Shown here: positions 47,547-57,500 of the stretch, in pieces
How positions within the stretch are numbered: the first letter of the stretch is position 1
Layout: each line of letters starts with the position of its first letter
Source: Polyangiaceae bacterium
GTDB taxonomy: Bacteria > Myxococcota_A > Polyangia > Polyangiales > Polyangiaceae
Reading direction: 5' to 3'
NCBI GenBank assembly: GCA_044376115.1
Contig: JBILLK010000015.1
Span: 128,001 to 192,000 of the forward strand
DNA length: 64,000 bases
Notes under the pieces: generated by a model
Databases searched by the model: none
The model's input: only the letters and a program-made list of their open reading frames with translations
Told to the model about the DNA's origin: nothing
Made by a program: the position numbers and the translations under genes

Positions 47547-48497
47547 ATGCAGGTGGTCGTAACGGGCGCGTCGGGTCATGTTGGCAGCGTCTTGGTGCGC
47601 GCGCTCCTTTCGGATGGTCATTCCGTCACCGCGCTCTTCAACTCGGACCGACGTTCACTCGCGGGTCTCTCGCTCGAAGCTCGCGCGGTAAACATCGAGG
47701 ATGGTTCGGCTGTATCCAGCGCAATCGCAGGAGCCGAGGTGGTCTTTCATGCGGCAGCCCGCGTCTCGCTCTTGGCAACGGAAGACGCCGCAACAACGCG
47801 TGTGAACGTCGAAGGAACCCGCAATGTGGTTGCCGCGTGCTTGGAGCACGGAGTGCGCCGCTTGGTGCACTTCTCAACCATTCACGCCCTCGATGAGCGC
47901 GGAGAATTGCTGCGGCCCGGCGAGGGACTTTCGTACGAACGCTCCAAGGTCGAAGCGGAGCGGCTGGTCCTCGATGAGGTTCAACGCGGACTCGACGCGG
48001 TCGTTGTTAGCCCTTGCGCAGTGATCGGCCCGTTCGACTTCAAGCCCTCCTACATCGGACAAGTGCTTCAACTTCAAGACCGCGGGCTGCTGCTGGCGAC
48101 GGTGGCCGGCGGGCAGTCTTGGGTCGACGTACGTGATGTCGCCAAAGCCGCCATTGCAGCTGCTGAACGCGGTAAAACTGGGAGCCGCTACGTCATAAGC
48201 GGCCACTGGCGAAACATCCGCGAGCTTGCCGAGATCGCCAGCCAGGCGGCGGGTATGCGTGCTCCGCTATTCACACTGCCCAAGGCCCTGCTGACCCGGG
48301 TAGCCCCCTTGGCCGAACGAGCCTGTTTGGCGCTAGGGCTGCCAGCGCTGTTGACCCAAGCGTCGATGGACGCGCTCGAGACGAGCCCCCGCCCGATGCC
48401 GCGAACCGCAGAGCAGGAGCTTGGTCACCTTCCGCGCCCGCTCCCCGAAACCTTGGCCGACACCATGGCCTGGTTCCGCAGTGAACGAGGCGGCTGA
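47547..48497 (+). CDS. NAD-dependent epimerase/dehydratase (extended SDR, dihydroflavonol reductase/HpnA-like)
   Basis: VVTGASGHVG, VFHAAA, VNVEGT, YERSK, WVDVRDVA. Confidence 0.88.
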   Translation: MQVVVTGASGHVGSVLVRALLSDGHSVTALFNSDRRSLAGLSLEARAVNIEDGSAVSSAIAGAEVVFHAAARVSLLATEDAATTRVNVEGTRNVVAACLEHGVRRLVHFSTIHALDERGELLRPGEGLSYERSKVEAERLVLDEVQRGLDAVVVSPCAVIGPFDFKPSYIGQVLQLQDRGLLLATVAGGQSWVDVRDVAKAAIAAAERGKTGSRYVISGHWRNIRELAEIASQAAGMRAPLFTLPKALLTRVAPLAERACLALGLPALLTQASMDALETSPRPMPRTAEQELGHLPRPLPETLADTMAWFRSERGG

Positions 48498-48574
48498 GGC
48501 CAACTCCACCCGCTCCACACATTCTGCACGCTATCTCCGCGCGCAACGTCGCTAGCTCAAGCTAGCTTCTCGCT

Positions 48575-49609
48575 ATGGTTTCGGCTGCGACTTCATGGGC
48601 GTCTACCGAGTCACCTTGGCCCAGGCATCCATTTGCTCCCCAAGCAGAAAGTCGCATTGGCGTGCTCGTCAATCGCAACGCTGGCCGGGGCAAAGGTGCG
48701 GCTGAAGCGATCACCGGCGAGCTATCGACCCTCGCGGGGATTGAAGTCAGGAGCACCGCGTCGCTTAGCGAAGTGGACGGTGCCGTGCGGGAGCTGATGA
48801 CACGTGGGGTCAACGTCCTGGTCGTGGCTGGCGGAGATGGGAGCCTCCATCACGCGCTGCAATCGTTGGTGTACGGCGGGCGGGTTTGGCCAGGCGTGGT
48901 GGTGCCGTTACCACGAGGCACGATGAACATTGTGGCTGAGTCGCTGGGAGACCCCCTGCGGCGGACACTAAAATCGCCTTTAGAGTTCTTACAGCGGCTG
49001 ACCCAGCGAACTTGGGGCGCGATTCCTAAGAAGGAGTTGCGCGTGCTCGAGGTAACTAGCCTGGAGAGCCCGCGCTTCGGCTTCGTGTTCGGCTCGCAGT
49101 TGGTCAAGCATGCCCTCGAGATGTACGAGAGCTTTGGCGGCGGCTCTGTTGGGCTTGCGCGTTTGCTGTTCGAGACCACCCGCGGAGCGTTGTTTCAGAC
49201 GGAGCTTTGGAAAAAGGAAGGTTGGCGGTTGACCCCGCCCACCACCACCATCGACGTGGACAGCGTTCACCTTGCGCGGTACTCGGTGGCCTTTGCTTCC
49301 ACCTGTGAGCTGGCAGCGTTTGGCGGGGCACTGCGTGCGTTGCCCTCACCTGGAGCCTCAGGCTTTCCTGTTCGCGTCATTACCGAACTGCGCACACCGC
49401 AACTGATTCGATTGATTCCAACCCTGATGCGCAACACTCAGTCAGGAACGGCAACGATCAGAGAGTTCCCGCACGCCCAAGAGCTGAGCCTTTATGGCGC
49501 CTACACCTTGGATGGGGAGGTGTTTGCGGGGGCTCCGGCTGCACCACTCAAAGTCCGAGTTGGCGGCAGTATAAAGATGATTGGAGCGGAGCGCGTCAAC
49601 GCAACCTAA
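48575..49609 (+). CDS. Diacylglycerol/sphingosine kinase family protein
   Basis: LVNRNAGRG, VVAGGDGS, PLPRGTMN, YTLDGE. Confidence 0.8.
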   Translation: MVSAATSWASTESPWPRHPFAPQAESRIGVLVNRNAGRGKGAAEAITGELSTLAGIEVRSTASLSEVDGAVRELMTRGVNVLVVAGGDGSLHHALQSLVYGGRVWPGVVVPLPRGTMNIVAESLGDPLRRTLKSPLEFLQRLTQRTWGAIPKKELRVLEVTSLESPRFGFVFGSQLVKHALEMYESFGGGSVGLARLLFETTRGALFQTELWKKEGWRLTPPTTTIDVDSVHLARYSVAFASTCELAAFGGALRALPSPGASGFPVRVITELRTPQLIRLIPTLMRNTQSGTATIREFPHAQELSLYGAYTLDGEVFAGAPAAPLKVRVGGSIKMIGAERVNAT

Positions 49610-49675
49610 CCCTAACCGCCGCGACCTACTTCGGTCGGATAGCAAGCAATCGAGTGCTCTGCTAGAGAGTCGCCC

Positions 49676-50674
49676 ATGCATGCGGTGGTCACTGGAAGCA
49701 GTGGGTTTGTCGGAAAACACGTCGTCTCGCGGCTCGCAGAAAGCGGGGTCACCGTTACAGCGTTGGACATCGCGAGTTCCGGGACGAGCGAAGCCAACGT
49801 GACGGAGAAGACGGTTGACCTGCGTGACCGCGAATCCGTCAAGAAGGCATTGATCGGAGCTGACGTGGTTTATCACGCAGCGTCCCGGGTACAGACCCGC
49901 AAAACGGGCTCCGACGAGGTCTTCGACATCAACGTCGGGGGAACGCAGAACCTGCTCGATAGTTGCAATGAGCTTGAGATTCGCAAGTTCGTTTACGTCT
50001 CCAGCGCCAGCGTCGTGTACGGCGGCAGCGACATCGAGAAGGGTGATGAATACCTGCCATACCCGACCTCATTTCACGCGCCCTACGCAGAGAGCAAAAT
50101 GAAGGCGGAGGCGATGGTGTTGCGGGAGAATGATCGGCGGGGTGTCTACACCTGCGCGGTTCGGCCACACATCGTGTTTGGGCCGGGAGACAAGCGCTTC
50201 TTCCCAGCCGTGCTCGGAAGGGCCAAGGCAGGCAAACTGAAGGCGTACGTCGGCGACCCAAAGAAGCTTAGCGACTTTACCTATATTGATAACTTAGTGG
50301 ACGGCTTGGTGCTCGCCGCGGACGCCCTCGGCGCCGGCGGGAAAGCCAACGGCCAGGCCTACTTCGTCACGAACGGTGAGCCCACCCCGTTCTGGGAGTT
50401 CGTCGGAAAGCTATTGGACGGCGTTGGCTATGCGCGCCCAACCTTTCGTGTGCCCTTTCCCATCGCCTTCACGACCGCAGCGATTCGTGAGGCAGTTGAC
50501 GCCCTTCGCGGCATCCCGACCTCCGAGGAGAGCCTTACTCGCTTCACCATTCGCTATCTCACGACGCATCACTATTTCACCCATCAAAAGGCCACCGCCG
50601 ACCTAGGCTACAAGCCACGCGTCAGTCTTGACGAGGGCATCCGCAGAACGATCGACCAGCTGAAGCGCGCATAG
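49676..50674 (+). CDS. 3-beta-hydroxysteroid dehydrogenase/NSDHL(ERG26)/OleD-like SDR
   Basis: VTGSSGFVG, YVSSASVVY, YAESK, AVRPHIVFGPGD, DFTYIDN, GQAYFVTNGEP. Confidence 0.85.
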   Translation: MHAVVTGSSGFVGKHVVSRLAESGVTVTALDIASSGTSEANVTEKTVDLRDRESVKKALIGADVVYHAASRVQTRKTGSDEVFDINVGGTQNLLDSCNELEIRKFVYVSSASVVYGGSDIEKGDEYLPYPTSFHAPYAESKMKAEAMVLRENDRRGVYTCAVRPHIVFGPGDKRFFPAVLGRAKAGKLKAYVGDPKKLSDFTYIDNLVDGLVLAADALGAGGKANGQAYFVTNGEPTPFWEFVGKLLDGVGYARPTFRVPFPIAFTTAAIREAVDALRGIPTSEESLTRFTIRYLTTHHYFTHQKATADLGYKPRVSLDEGIRRTIDQLKRA

Positions 50675-50702
50675 GTCGGCAGACCTTTGCTAGGCTGAGC
50701 CA

Positions 50703-53387
50703 ATGGCTCGTCGAGTATCAGGCCCCCGAATCTCAACAGCGCTGTTACTACTTCCGGTACTTGGCCTGGTTGCCTTCCAGGGCTGCGCCACCCTCCCCAC
50801 CGTTGATGGCAATACGTGCGGCGATGGGCTGCGCGCTGAGCAGGAGCAATGTGACCTCCCGAACGGCGGGGATGCCGCAACTGGATATTGCGGAAAGGCT
50901 GGAACCGAACACGAATGCCTGTGGATCGCTGGACCTGAGACCGCGGGATGTAGCCTGGGGAAGCTTCTAGATGGCGAGCGCTGCCTCGTGGCTTCAGGCG
51001 TCTTCGGCGCGGAGGAAAGCCTCCCAAGCCTTTACCCGGTAGCGACCGGAGACTTCGACGGCGATGGACAGGTTGACCTCGTCCATGACAGCTCGAGCAG
51101 CCGGACTGTGACTTTCTTTGATAACGGCCTAGCGGTGAATCCCGGCGTGGTGGTTGGGGCCAACAACTTCAACGACTGGCCGGCCGTTGACGTGGATAGG
51201 GACGGGCGAACCGACTTGCTCACGCCCACCACCGCGCGTGACGCCCTTGGGGTACTTGCCGGGCAGTCCAGTAGAGGGTTTGCAGCACGCTTTCAATCGT
51301 CGGTAAGCGTCCCCGCAGACAGCGGGTTGTTGGTTGCTCTCCCGCCAGCCCCGCGCACTTTCGAGAAACAAGAGTACTTTGACGCCGCAGACAGCTCCTT
51401 GCGTCAGCTAGGCGTCATCTACAAGAACGAGGGTTCGGGAGCAGCGCTTTGCCGAGTAGGGTTGGACACCGAGTGTGCGCTCCTCGAAGACGCGCTACCT
51501 GGTCTTTCTATTGAAGAGGCAACATCGGCCATCATCACCGACCCGTTCTTCCGCAGCAACGGGGGCACCAACGCTTACGTGACGGCGTACGCGGCGAAAG
51601 CGACTGCGACTGCATTCAGGCTACGCTCCACACCCACTGGGTTCACGATCGAGCCAGTCCCAGTGTCCCAAGAGATCTTTGAGAGCAACGATCAGTGTGC
51701 TGCGTGCGGCGTTGGCACATGTAGCTGCGCAACGACGTCTGCCAGAGGGATATTCGCCATGCGAGTCGTACCGACCGAGCCCAATGGCTCTAACTTTGTG
51801 CTCGCAGCAGCCGTTGCCTTCAAGATTGGGACTCAGGAGTATCTTGGCGCCTTCATCACTGGACTCGAGGCGGGAACAGCTTTCACTCCGGTAAACACTG
51901 TCGAGTCGGCCCTCCCACTGAACGGCAACATCTCGCGGATTGAGTTAGGAGATCTGGACGGTAACCCAGGAACTACAGAGTTCATTGTGCGCGAGACGCA
52001 GCCTGATGCGAGCTACTGCGTCTTTCTGGGGAAAGGCGCCATCGCAGATTGCCCCGATGGAAACTACACCGTGGGTGATGTCAATGGAGATGGATTTGAG
52101 GATGTAATCGGCGCGGATAGCGAGTCGACGGTTGGTGGGGTCATCTACTTTGGTGGCATTGATCTTCCACTTACCAAAGCGCCACTCGTCATAGAAGGTT
52201 ACAACCCAGAACTTTATGTCGCTGACCTGGATGGGAATGGCATCAAGGACGTTGTCGTAACGACCACACCTGCCCCAGAGGCGGGCCTTGAGCGAAGCCT
52301 CGTCATCCACTTTGGTCGACCGTTTGACGTGCCAGCGCCACCCGTCTCTCTCGGAAGCGCCCCGAACCGACAGGTTTTGCCAATCAAGCTTCAGGTCAAA
52401 TCGTCGGTAGATTTTGCTGGCGAGACGGCGGTTAGCGATGGCATTGACGACTTGGCCATCCTTCAGTCGGGGGACTCGGCGAGCTTCGTCACTGGAGACA
52501 TCAACGGCTATCCACTATCGCCCTACTTCTTTGCCAAGGATGTTCGCGACAAGCTAAAGCTTGCCGAGACAGACCTTCCGCTGCTTGTCTCAACAATCGC
52601 GCTACCAAACCGGGCAACGGCAACAGAACAAGGTGAACCTCCACCTCCGAACGAGGATGAACCGATTGCGCTCCTCACGTTTCTCGTCATTTCGGGAGAG
52701 AAGGAGTCGTACGCCATGCTTCCGCTGTTTGCGCGAAGCGGGCAGCTGAGCCTCAACTCAGCCAACGCCACGAGTCAAGCGCTGGACCTGGGAGGTGCCT
52801 TCCCTGTAAGCGATGCCGTTTTCTACGATAGAGCAAAGACGAAGTTCGGGGTGGTCGCTGCCGCGGACTACAACAGCGGTAAACGCACTGTACTGCTGCT
52901 CTCCCTTGATGGAGCAACGCTAACTCTTGGAAAGTCGGTGGAGGTTGACGCCTTTATCGGCGAAGATGGAGGCTTTATTGAACCTAGGATTCTAACCAGC
53001 TCGCTTCCCCCAGTTTCTGAGGACTCCACCCTGTGGTTGCTTCAAAGAACCGAAGAAGGGACAAGCCTCACGTCATTAACTGACGTAATTGAGCCCTTCG
53101 CGTTGGACACCAAAGATACTGGAGTGCAATGGCTTGGCCCTCACTCGGCGCAGATCGGAACCAAGGTAGTAGACTTCCGTGCCACGTTAGCGAGCGACCC
53201 CCCAAAGCTTGTGGAAGATACCTGTTTAAAAGCAGACAAGTCTTTCTTCGATCCATTGCTCCACACGTCTGCATTCTACCTAACCGGCAACGGCCTGCCT
53301 GATCGGGTTCGACTGTCCCCGGTAAGCATCGCCCCCCAGCTCGAGGGAACAACCTGTGAGGCTATTGAGGCAAGCAACTCGAACTAA
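50703..53387 (+). CDS. FG-GAP/VCBS repeat lipoprotein
   Basis: Lipobox FQGC, CGDG..EQCD Cys repeat, GDFDGDG/DVDRDG/GDVNGDG/ADLDGNG motifs. Confidence 0.8.
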   Translation: MARRVSGPRISTALLLLPVLGLVAFQGCATLPTVDGNTCGDGLRAEQEQCDLPNGGDAATGYCGKAGTEHECLWIAGPETAGCSLGKLLDGERCLVASGVFGAEESLPSLYPVATGDFDGDGQVDLVHDSSSSRTVTFFDNGLAVNPGVVVGANNFNDWPAVDVDRDGRTDLLTPTTARDALGVLAGQSSRGFAARFQSSVSVPADSGLLVALPPAPRTFEKQEYFDAADSSLRQLGVIYKNEGSGAALCRVGLDTECALLEDALPGLSIEEATSAIITDPFFRSNGGTNAYVTAYAAKATATAFRLRSTPTGFTIEPVPVSQEIFESNDQCAACGVGTCSCATTSARGIFAMRVVPTEPNGSNFVLAAAVAFKIGTQEYLGAFITGLEAGTAFTPVNTVESALPLNGNISRIELGDLDGNPGTTEFIVRETQPDASYCVFLGKGAIADCPDGNYTVGDVNGDGFEDVIGADSESTVGGVIYFGGIDLPLTKAPLVIEGYNPELYVADLDGNGIKDVVVTTTPAPEAGLERSLVIHFGRPFDVPAPPVSLGSAPNRQVLPIKLQVKSSVDFAGETAVSDGIDDLAILQSGDSASFVTGDINGYPLSPYFFAKDVRDKLKLAETDLPLLVSTIALPNRATATEQGEPPPPNEDEPIALLTFLVISGEKESYAMLPLFARSGQLSLNSANATSQALDLGGAFPVSDAVFYDRAKTKFGVVAAADYNSGKRTVLLLSLDGATLTLGKSVEVDAFIGEDGGFIEPRILTSSLPPVSEDSTLWLLQRTEEGTSLTSLTDVIEPFALDTKDTGVQWLGPHSAQIGTKVVDFRATLASDPPKLVEDTCLKADKSFFDPLLHTSAFYLTGNGLPDRVRLSPVSIAPQLEGTTCEAIEASNSN

Positions 53388-53389
53388 CC

Positions 53390-54442
53390 TCAGGTACCTT
53401 GTGGACCACAAGCGCCAGTCAGCTCGCCATTGAGATAACACGGCAAACAGGCGTAGCCATTGGGGCAAGTGGTTTGAAGCACGAGGTCATGAAAAGGGAA
53501 TTCTTTCGCCTGCACTTCAATCGAGAGTGATTGGGTCTCCACCTCGGGAATGCAGCGCGGTAGGCATGCTCCCTCAACACTTCCGCCGCTGAACTGAATA
53601 ACGATGTCGGGCTCACAAGCCGTGCCCTCGAAGAACCCTTGGCTGGTGATTTGCTGGTAGACCTCGTCCGGGACGCAGCTGGTATCAGCCTGGCCGAGGG
53701 CCTCACACTCTGCTGTATCAAGCTCGACGTCACCACTTGCTCCGCTTACCAGGCTATTCGGCAAACAATGCCCTACGCCTTTGGACGCACAACAACCTGT
53801 GAAGGTGTTTTGCTCGACCGGAGTCGCCGGCGGGTCGTCACAGCTGAGTCCGCAAGCGCCGGTTGGCTCGCCCGTGAAAGGGTCGAAACAGGGTGCACAC
53901 TTCTCGCCGAGTTCGCATACGTCCACCGGCAGGAACGCAGCCTGCTCGGCGACGGACGGTAGACAGGATGAGACGCATCGACCCTCGAAGCCGTTCACCG
54001 ACGTGCAGTTCTTCAGATCGAACTTGTTCACGGTCTCGATGAACTTCGCGGGAACACACTTCGTCAGCCCATCAGGGCAGTCGGCGAGGAGCGCGAGTTG
54101 CTCCTCGGTGATGGCGCCAAGCAGTGCCGGCTCAAGGCAGCGAGCTTCTGCAGTGCATACCTCATCGGGGCATTGCACCCCAAGCTGCAGCAGCTCCGGC
54201 TTTAGACAATCTTGTACGCAGGTGTTGGGGTCTTCCTCGCAGGCCGCAGCGGAGCCACCCGCTCCGGAGCCCGCAGTCTCGCCACCCGCACCGTCGCTGG
54301 CGCCCGCGGCCGAGCCCGTGCCGTTTGCGTTCCCGTCGGAATCGGCGCCACCGGATTCACCATCTGCCTCGTCACCACAGCCGAGAGCAACGAAGGTCAG
54401 CGCGGCGAGAACCAGCAATCGGCAGCGGTTTGACTGAAGCAT
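53390..54442 (-). CDS. Cys-rich lipoprotein
   Basis: Lipobox ALGC, Gly linker, repeated C.PC..P..G..TGAC modules; GGAGG RBS. Confidence 0.8.
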   Translation of the reverse strand: MLQSNRCRLLVLAALTFVALGCGDEADGESGGADSDGNANGTGSAAGASDGAGGETAGSGAGGSAAACEEDPNTCVQDCLKPELLQLGVQCPDEVCTAEARCLEPALLGAITEEQLALLADCPDGLTKCVPAKFIETVNKFDLKNCTSVNGFEGRCVSSCLPSVAEQAAFLPVDVCELGEKCAPCFDPFTGEPTGACGLSCDDPPATPVEQNTFTGCCASKGVGHCLPNSLVSGASGDVELDTAECEALGQADTSCVPDEVYQQITSQGFFEGTACEPDIVIQFSGGSVEGACLPRCIPEVETQSLSIEVQAKEFPFHDLVLQTTCPNGYACLPCYLNGELTGACGPQGT

Positions 54443-54453
54443 GACCTCCCATC

Positions 54454-54469
54454 AGCACGTGCCGCGCCA
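54454..54469 (-). promoter_or_regulatory. Sigma54-like -24/-12 element
   Basis: Minus strand TGGCGCG-GCAC-GTGCT, GG/GC spacing 12, immediately upstream of ATG 54442. Confidence 0.45.
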
Positions 54470-54595
54470 AGCCGTACGGATGAGCGGATCGCTGAAAAAC
54501 GCGGGTGCTTGGAAAGTTCCGCTCTCGTTCATCCTATGCTTTTGAACCAAAGTCGATCCACACATGGATCATGCTTTACCACGGTAGAACTTCAG

Positions 54596-57500
54596 TCAGA
54601 CCGTTGACGCCAATCGACTTTGAACAGCCGCCAAGATCGCCTCGTGGGTCACGGGCGAGGGCAGCGGAACCTCGCCGCCGGGCGCACCAAACGCGGCAAT
54701 CGCATCCCGAAGGGCTTCACGCGCGCTAATGGCCAGCATCAGCGGCGGCTCTCCCACGGCTTTGCTGCCGTGAATCACGCCCTCCTGGCCTGCGTTCGGA
54801 AGCAACGTTACGCGGAACTCGGCAGGAGCGTCGCCAATCGAAGGGATCTGGTACGTGCTGGCAGAATGGGTGAGAAGCCGCCCGTCCTTCCCCCATTTGA
54901 GCTCCTCGCCTGTGAGCCACCCCATCCCCTGGACGAAGCCACCCTCAATCTGACCGCGGTCGACCCCTGGGTTGAGCGACTCCCCAACGTCGTGAAGGAT
55001 ATCGACGGCGATGACGCGCTTCATGCCGCTGTAGCCGTCGACCTCGACCTCGGTGACAGCAGCTCCATAGGCAAAGTAGTAGAACGGCTTGCCCTTACCT
55101 TTTTTCTTGTCGTAGCCGATGCCCGGCGTTCGATAGAAGCCCTGGGCCGAGAGTTGAACCTGCTTCATATAGGCTCGTTCAACCACCCGCTCGAACGGAA
55201 GAGTGAGGCCGGGCACTTGGGGAGCCCGCACGAGCCCATGCTCGAACACGACAGCGCCCTCCGGAACCAACGTCCCGGATTCAGCGGTGAGGAGCTCGGC
55301 CGCGATGGGTGACAAGCGCTCGCGCAAAGTGACGCACGCCGCGCGCACGGCTTGGCCGTTGAGGTCCGCACCGCTGGAAGCAGCGGTCGCTGAGGTATTC
55401 GGCACCTTGTCGGTTTGCGTTCTCATCACGCGCACTACGTCTGCCGGGAGGCCCAGCTCGCGCATCGCGATGCCTTGCATTTTGGTGTAGAGCCCCTGGC
55501 CCATCTCGGTACCGCCGTGGTTTACCTGCACGGTGCCATCGCGATAGATGAGGACCAACGCCCCGGCTTGATTGAGCCACGTGGCGGTGAACGAGATACC
55601 GAATTTTACCGGGGTTATTGCGATACCCCGCTTCATCCGTTCGCTCCTCTCATTGAACGCCGAAAGCTGAGCCCGTCGTTCGGTGAACTTCGCTGACTCG
55701 AGCAGGCCGCTCCAGATCATTGGCAGCCGCTCATCTCCCAACTCCTGCCCGTAGTGGGTGGTGTTGGTTTCACCGCTACCACGATAAAGGTTCCGCTCGC
55801 GGACGAGCTCGGGCCTGAGCGAAAGTCGTCGTGCGATGCGATCGAGGATCTCCTCAATGACCAGCATCCCTTGCGGACCGCCGAACCCGCGGAAGGCCGT
55901 GTGCGAGACAACATTGGTTTTTGCGACTCGCCCGCTAAAAACGCAGGTCGGGACATAGTAGGCATTATCGAGGTGGAAGACGCCGCGATCGCAGATTGAC
56001 TCGGAGAGGTCCAAGGCCCATCCGCCGTCGGCGAAGAGGTCGATCTTGGCCGCTAGCAACTTGCCTTGCTCGTCGAACCCAACCTCGAAGCGAGCGTGAA
56101 ATGGATGTCGCTTGCCGGTTACCTGCATATCGACGTCACGGTCGAGCTGCACCCGAACCGGCTTCCCCGTCTTCATCGCCGCTAGGGCAACGGCGGCGGC
56201 CCAGGCGTTACCCTGCGTCTCTTTGCCTCCGAAGCCCCCCCCCATTCGCGGGGATTGCACGGTGATCTTGTTGCGCGGTCGGTCCAGTACATGGGAGACC
56301 ACGGCCTGTACTTCGGAGGGGTGCTGCGTCGAGGAGGCGATGAACATCTCGCCGTCTTCACCGGGTTCGGCCCAGGCTGCGTGGGTTTCTAGATAGAAGT
56401 GCTCTTGGCCTCCAATATCGAATTCACCGCTGAGCCTGTGTGGACTCGCTGCAAGTGACGCATCGGCGTTCCCCCTTTTGATGAGGTGCGGCTCGGAGTG
56501 AAAGCTGTGCTGTGCAATCGCTTCACGCGCGCCAAGGATGGCGGGCAGCGGCTCATAGCCGACCTTCACCTTGAGCGCCGCCTTGCGGCACTCCTCGGCG
56601 CTACGCCCCACCACCAACGCAACCACCTGACCGTGGAAGAACACCTCGCCATCGGCGAATAGCGGCTCATCATGGCGAACTGCTCCGACGTCATTCATGC
56701 CGGGGACGTCCTTGGCGGTAAGCACGCACGCAATGCCCGGCTCGCGGAGAGCCGCGCTAACGTCGATCAAGGTGATGCGTGCGCGAGCGTGAGGGCTCAT
56801 CACCGGCCACAGCTCGAGCATGTCGCGCCGTCGGGCGGTGTCATCCACGTAGAGCGCTGAGCCGGTAACGTGCCCAACCGCGCTCTCGTGCGTGAGGCTA
56901 CGACTCTTATCCTGCGGGCGACAGATTGGCGCAGCGTCATCCTCGACTTGGAACAGAATCGGCCTGTCTTGGGCCTCGCTGGTTTCTCCGCTCCAAAACT
57001 TCAAGAACAGGCCTTCAATCAGTTGGCGGCGGAACGGCGAGGCCGAGCGCACGTCATCGATCGGAGTGAACTCTTGCGCGAGGATGGGCAGGGCTTGGCG
57101 TACTGTCTCTTCACTCCAAGCCTTGCCCAAAAGAAAGGCCTCCGTCTTCCGCGCTCGCGCGGGGGTGGCGGCAACGCCACCATAGGCCAGACGTGCATGA
57201 CGCACGACCTTGGCCTCATCAAGCTCCAGAACGAAAGCCGCAGCGGTAATGCTGATATCGAGTTCGCGCCGCTTGGAAACTTTGTACGAGTCCATTTGGC
57301 GCTGGCAGCTGGCCACATGCGCGCGATTGCGCGGTAGCAAGATCGTCAGCAGGATCTCGTCTGGCTCGAGCACCGTCTTTCGGTAAGCGACGAAGAAGTC
57401 GGCAAGCTTCACCGTGCGCGTCGACCCAACTTTAGCCAGGACGACCTCGGCATCGAGCGCGAGCAGGATTGGCGGCATGTCTCCGATCGGCGAGGCCGTT

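Noticed and set aside
47354..47548. Frameshifted N-terminus of the DUF1801 gene (upstream ATG CAG)
   Set aside because: The ORF from 47456 already includes the conserved DEYL start region; evidence for a lesion is too weak
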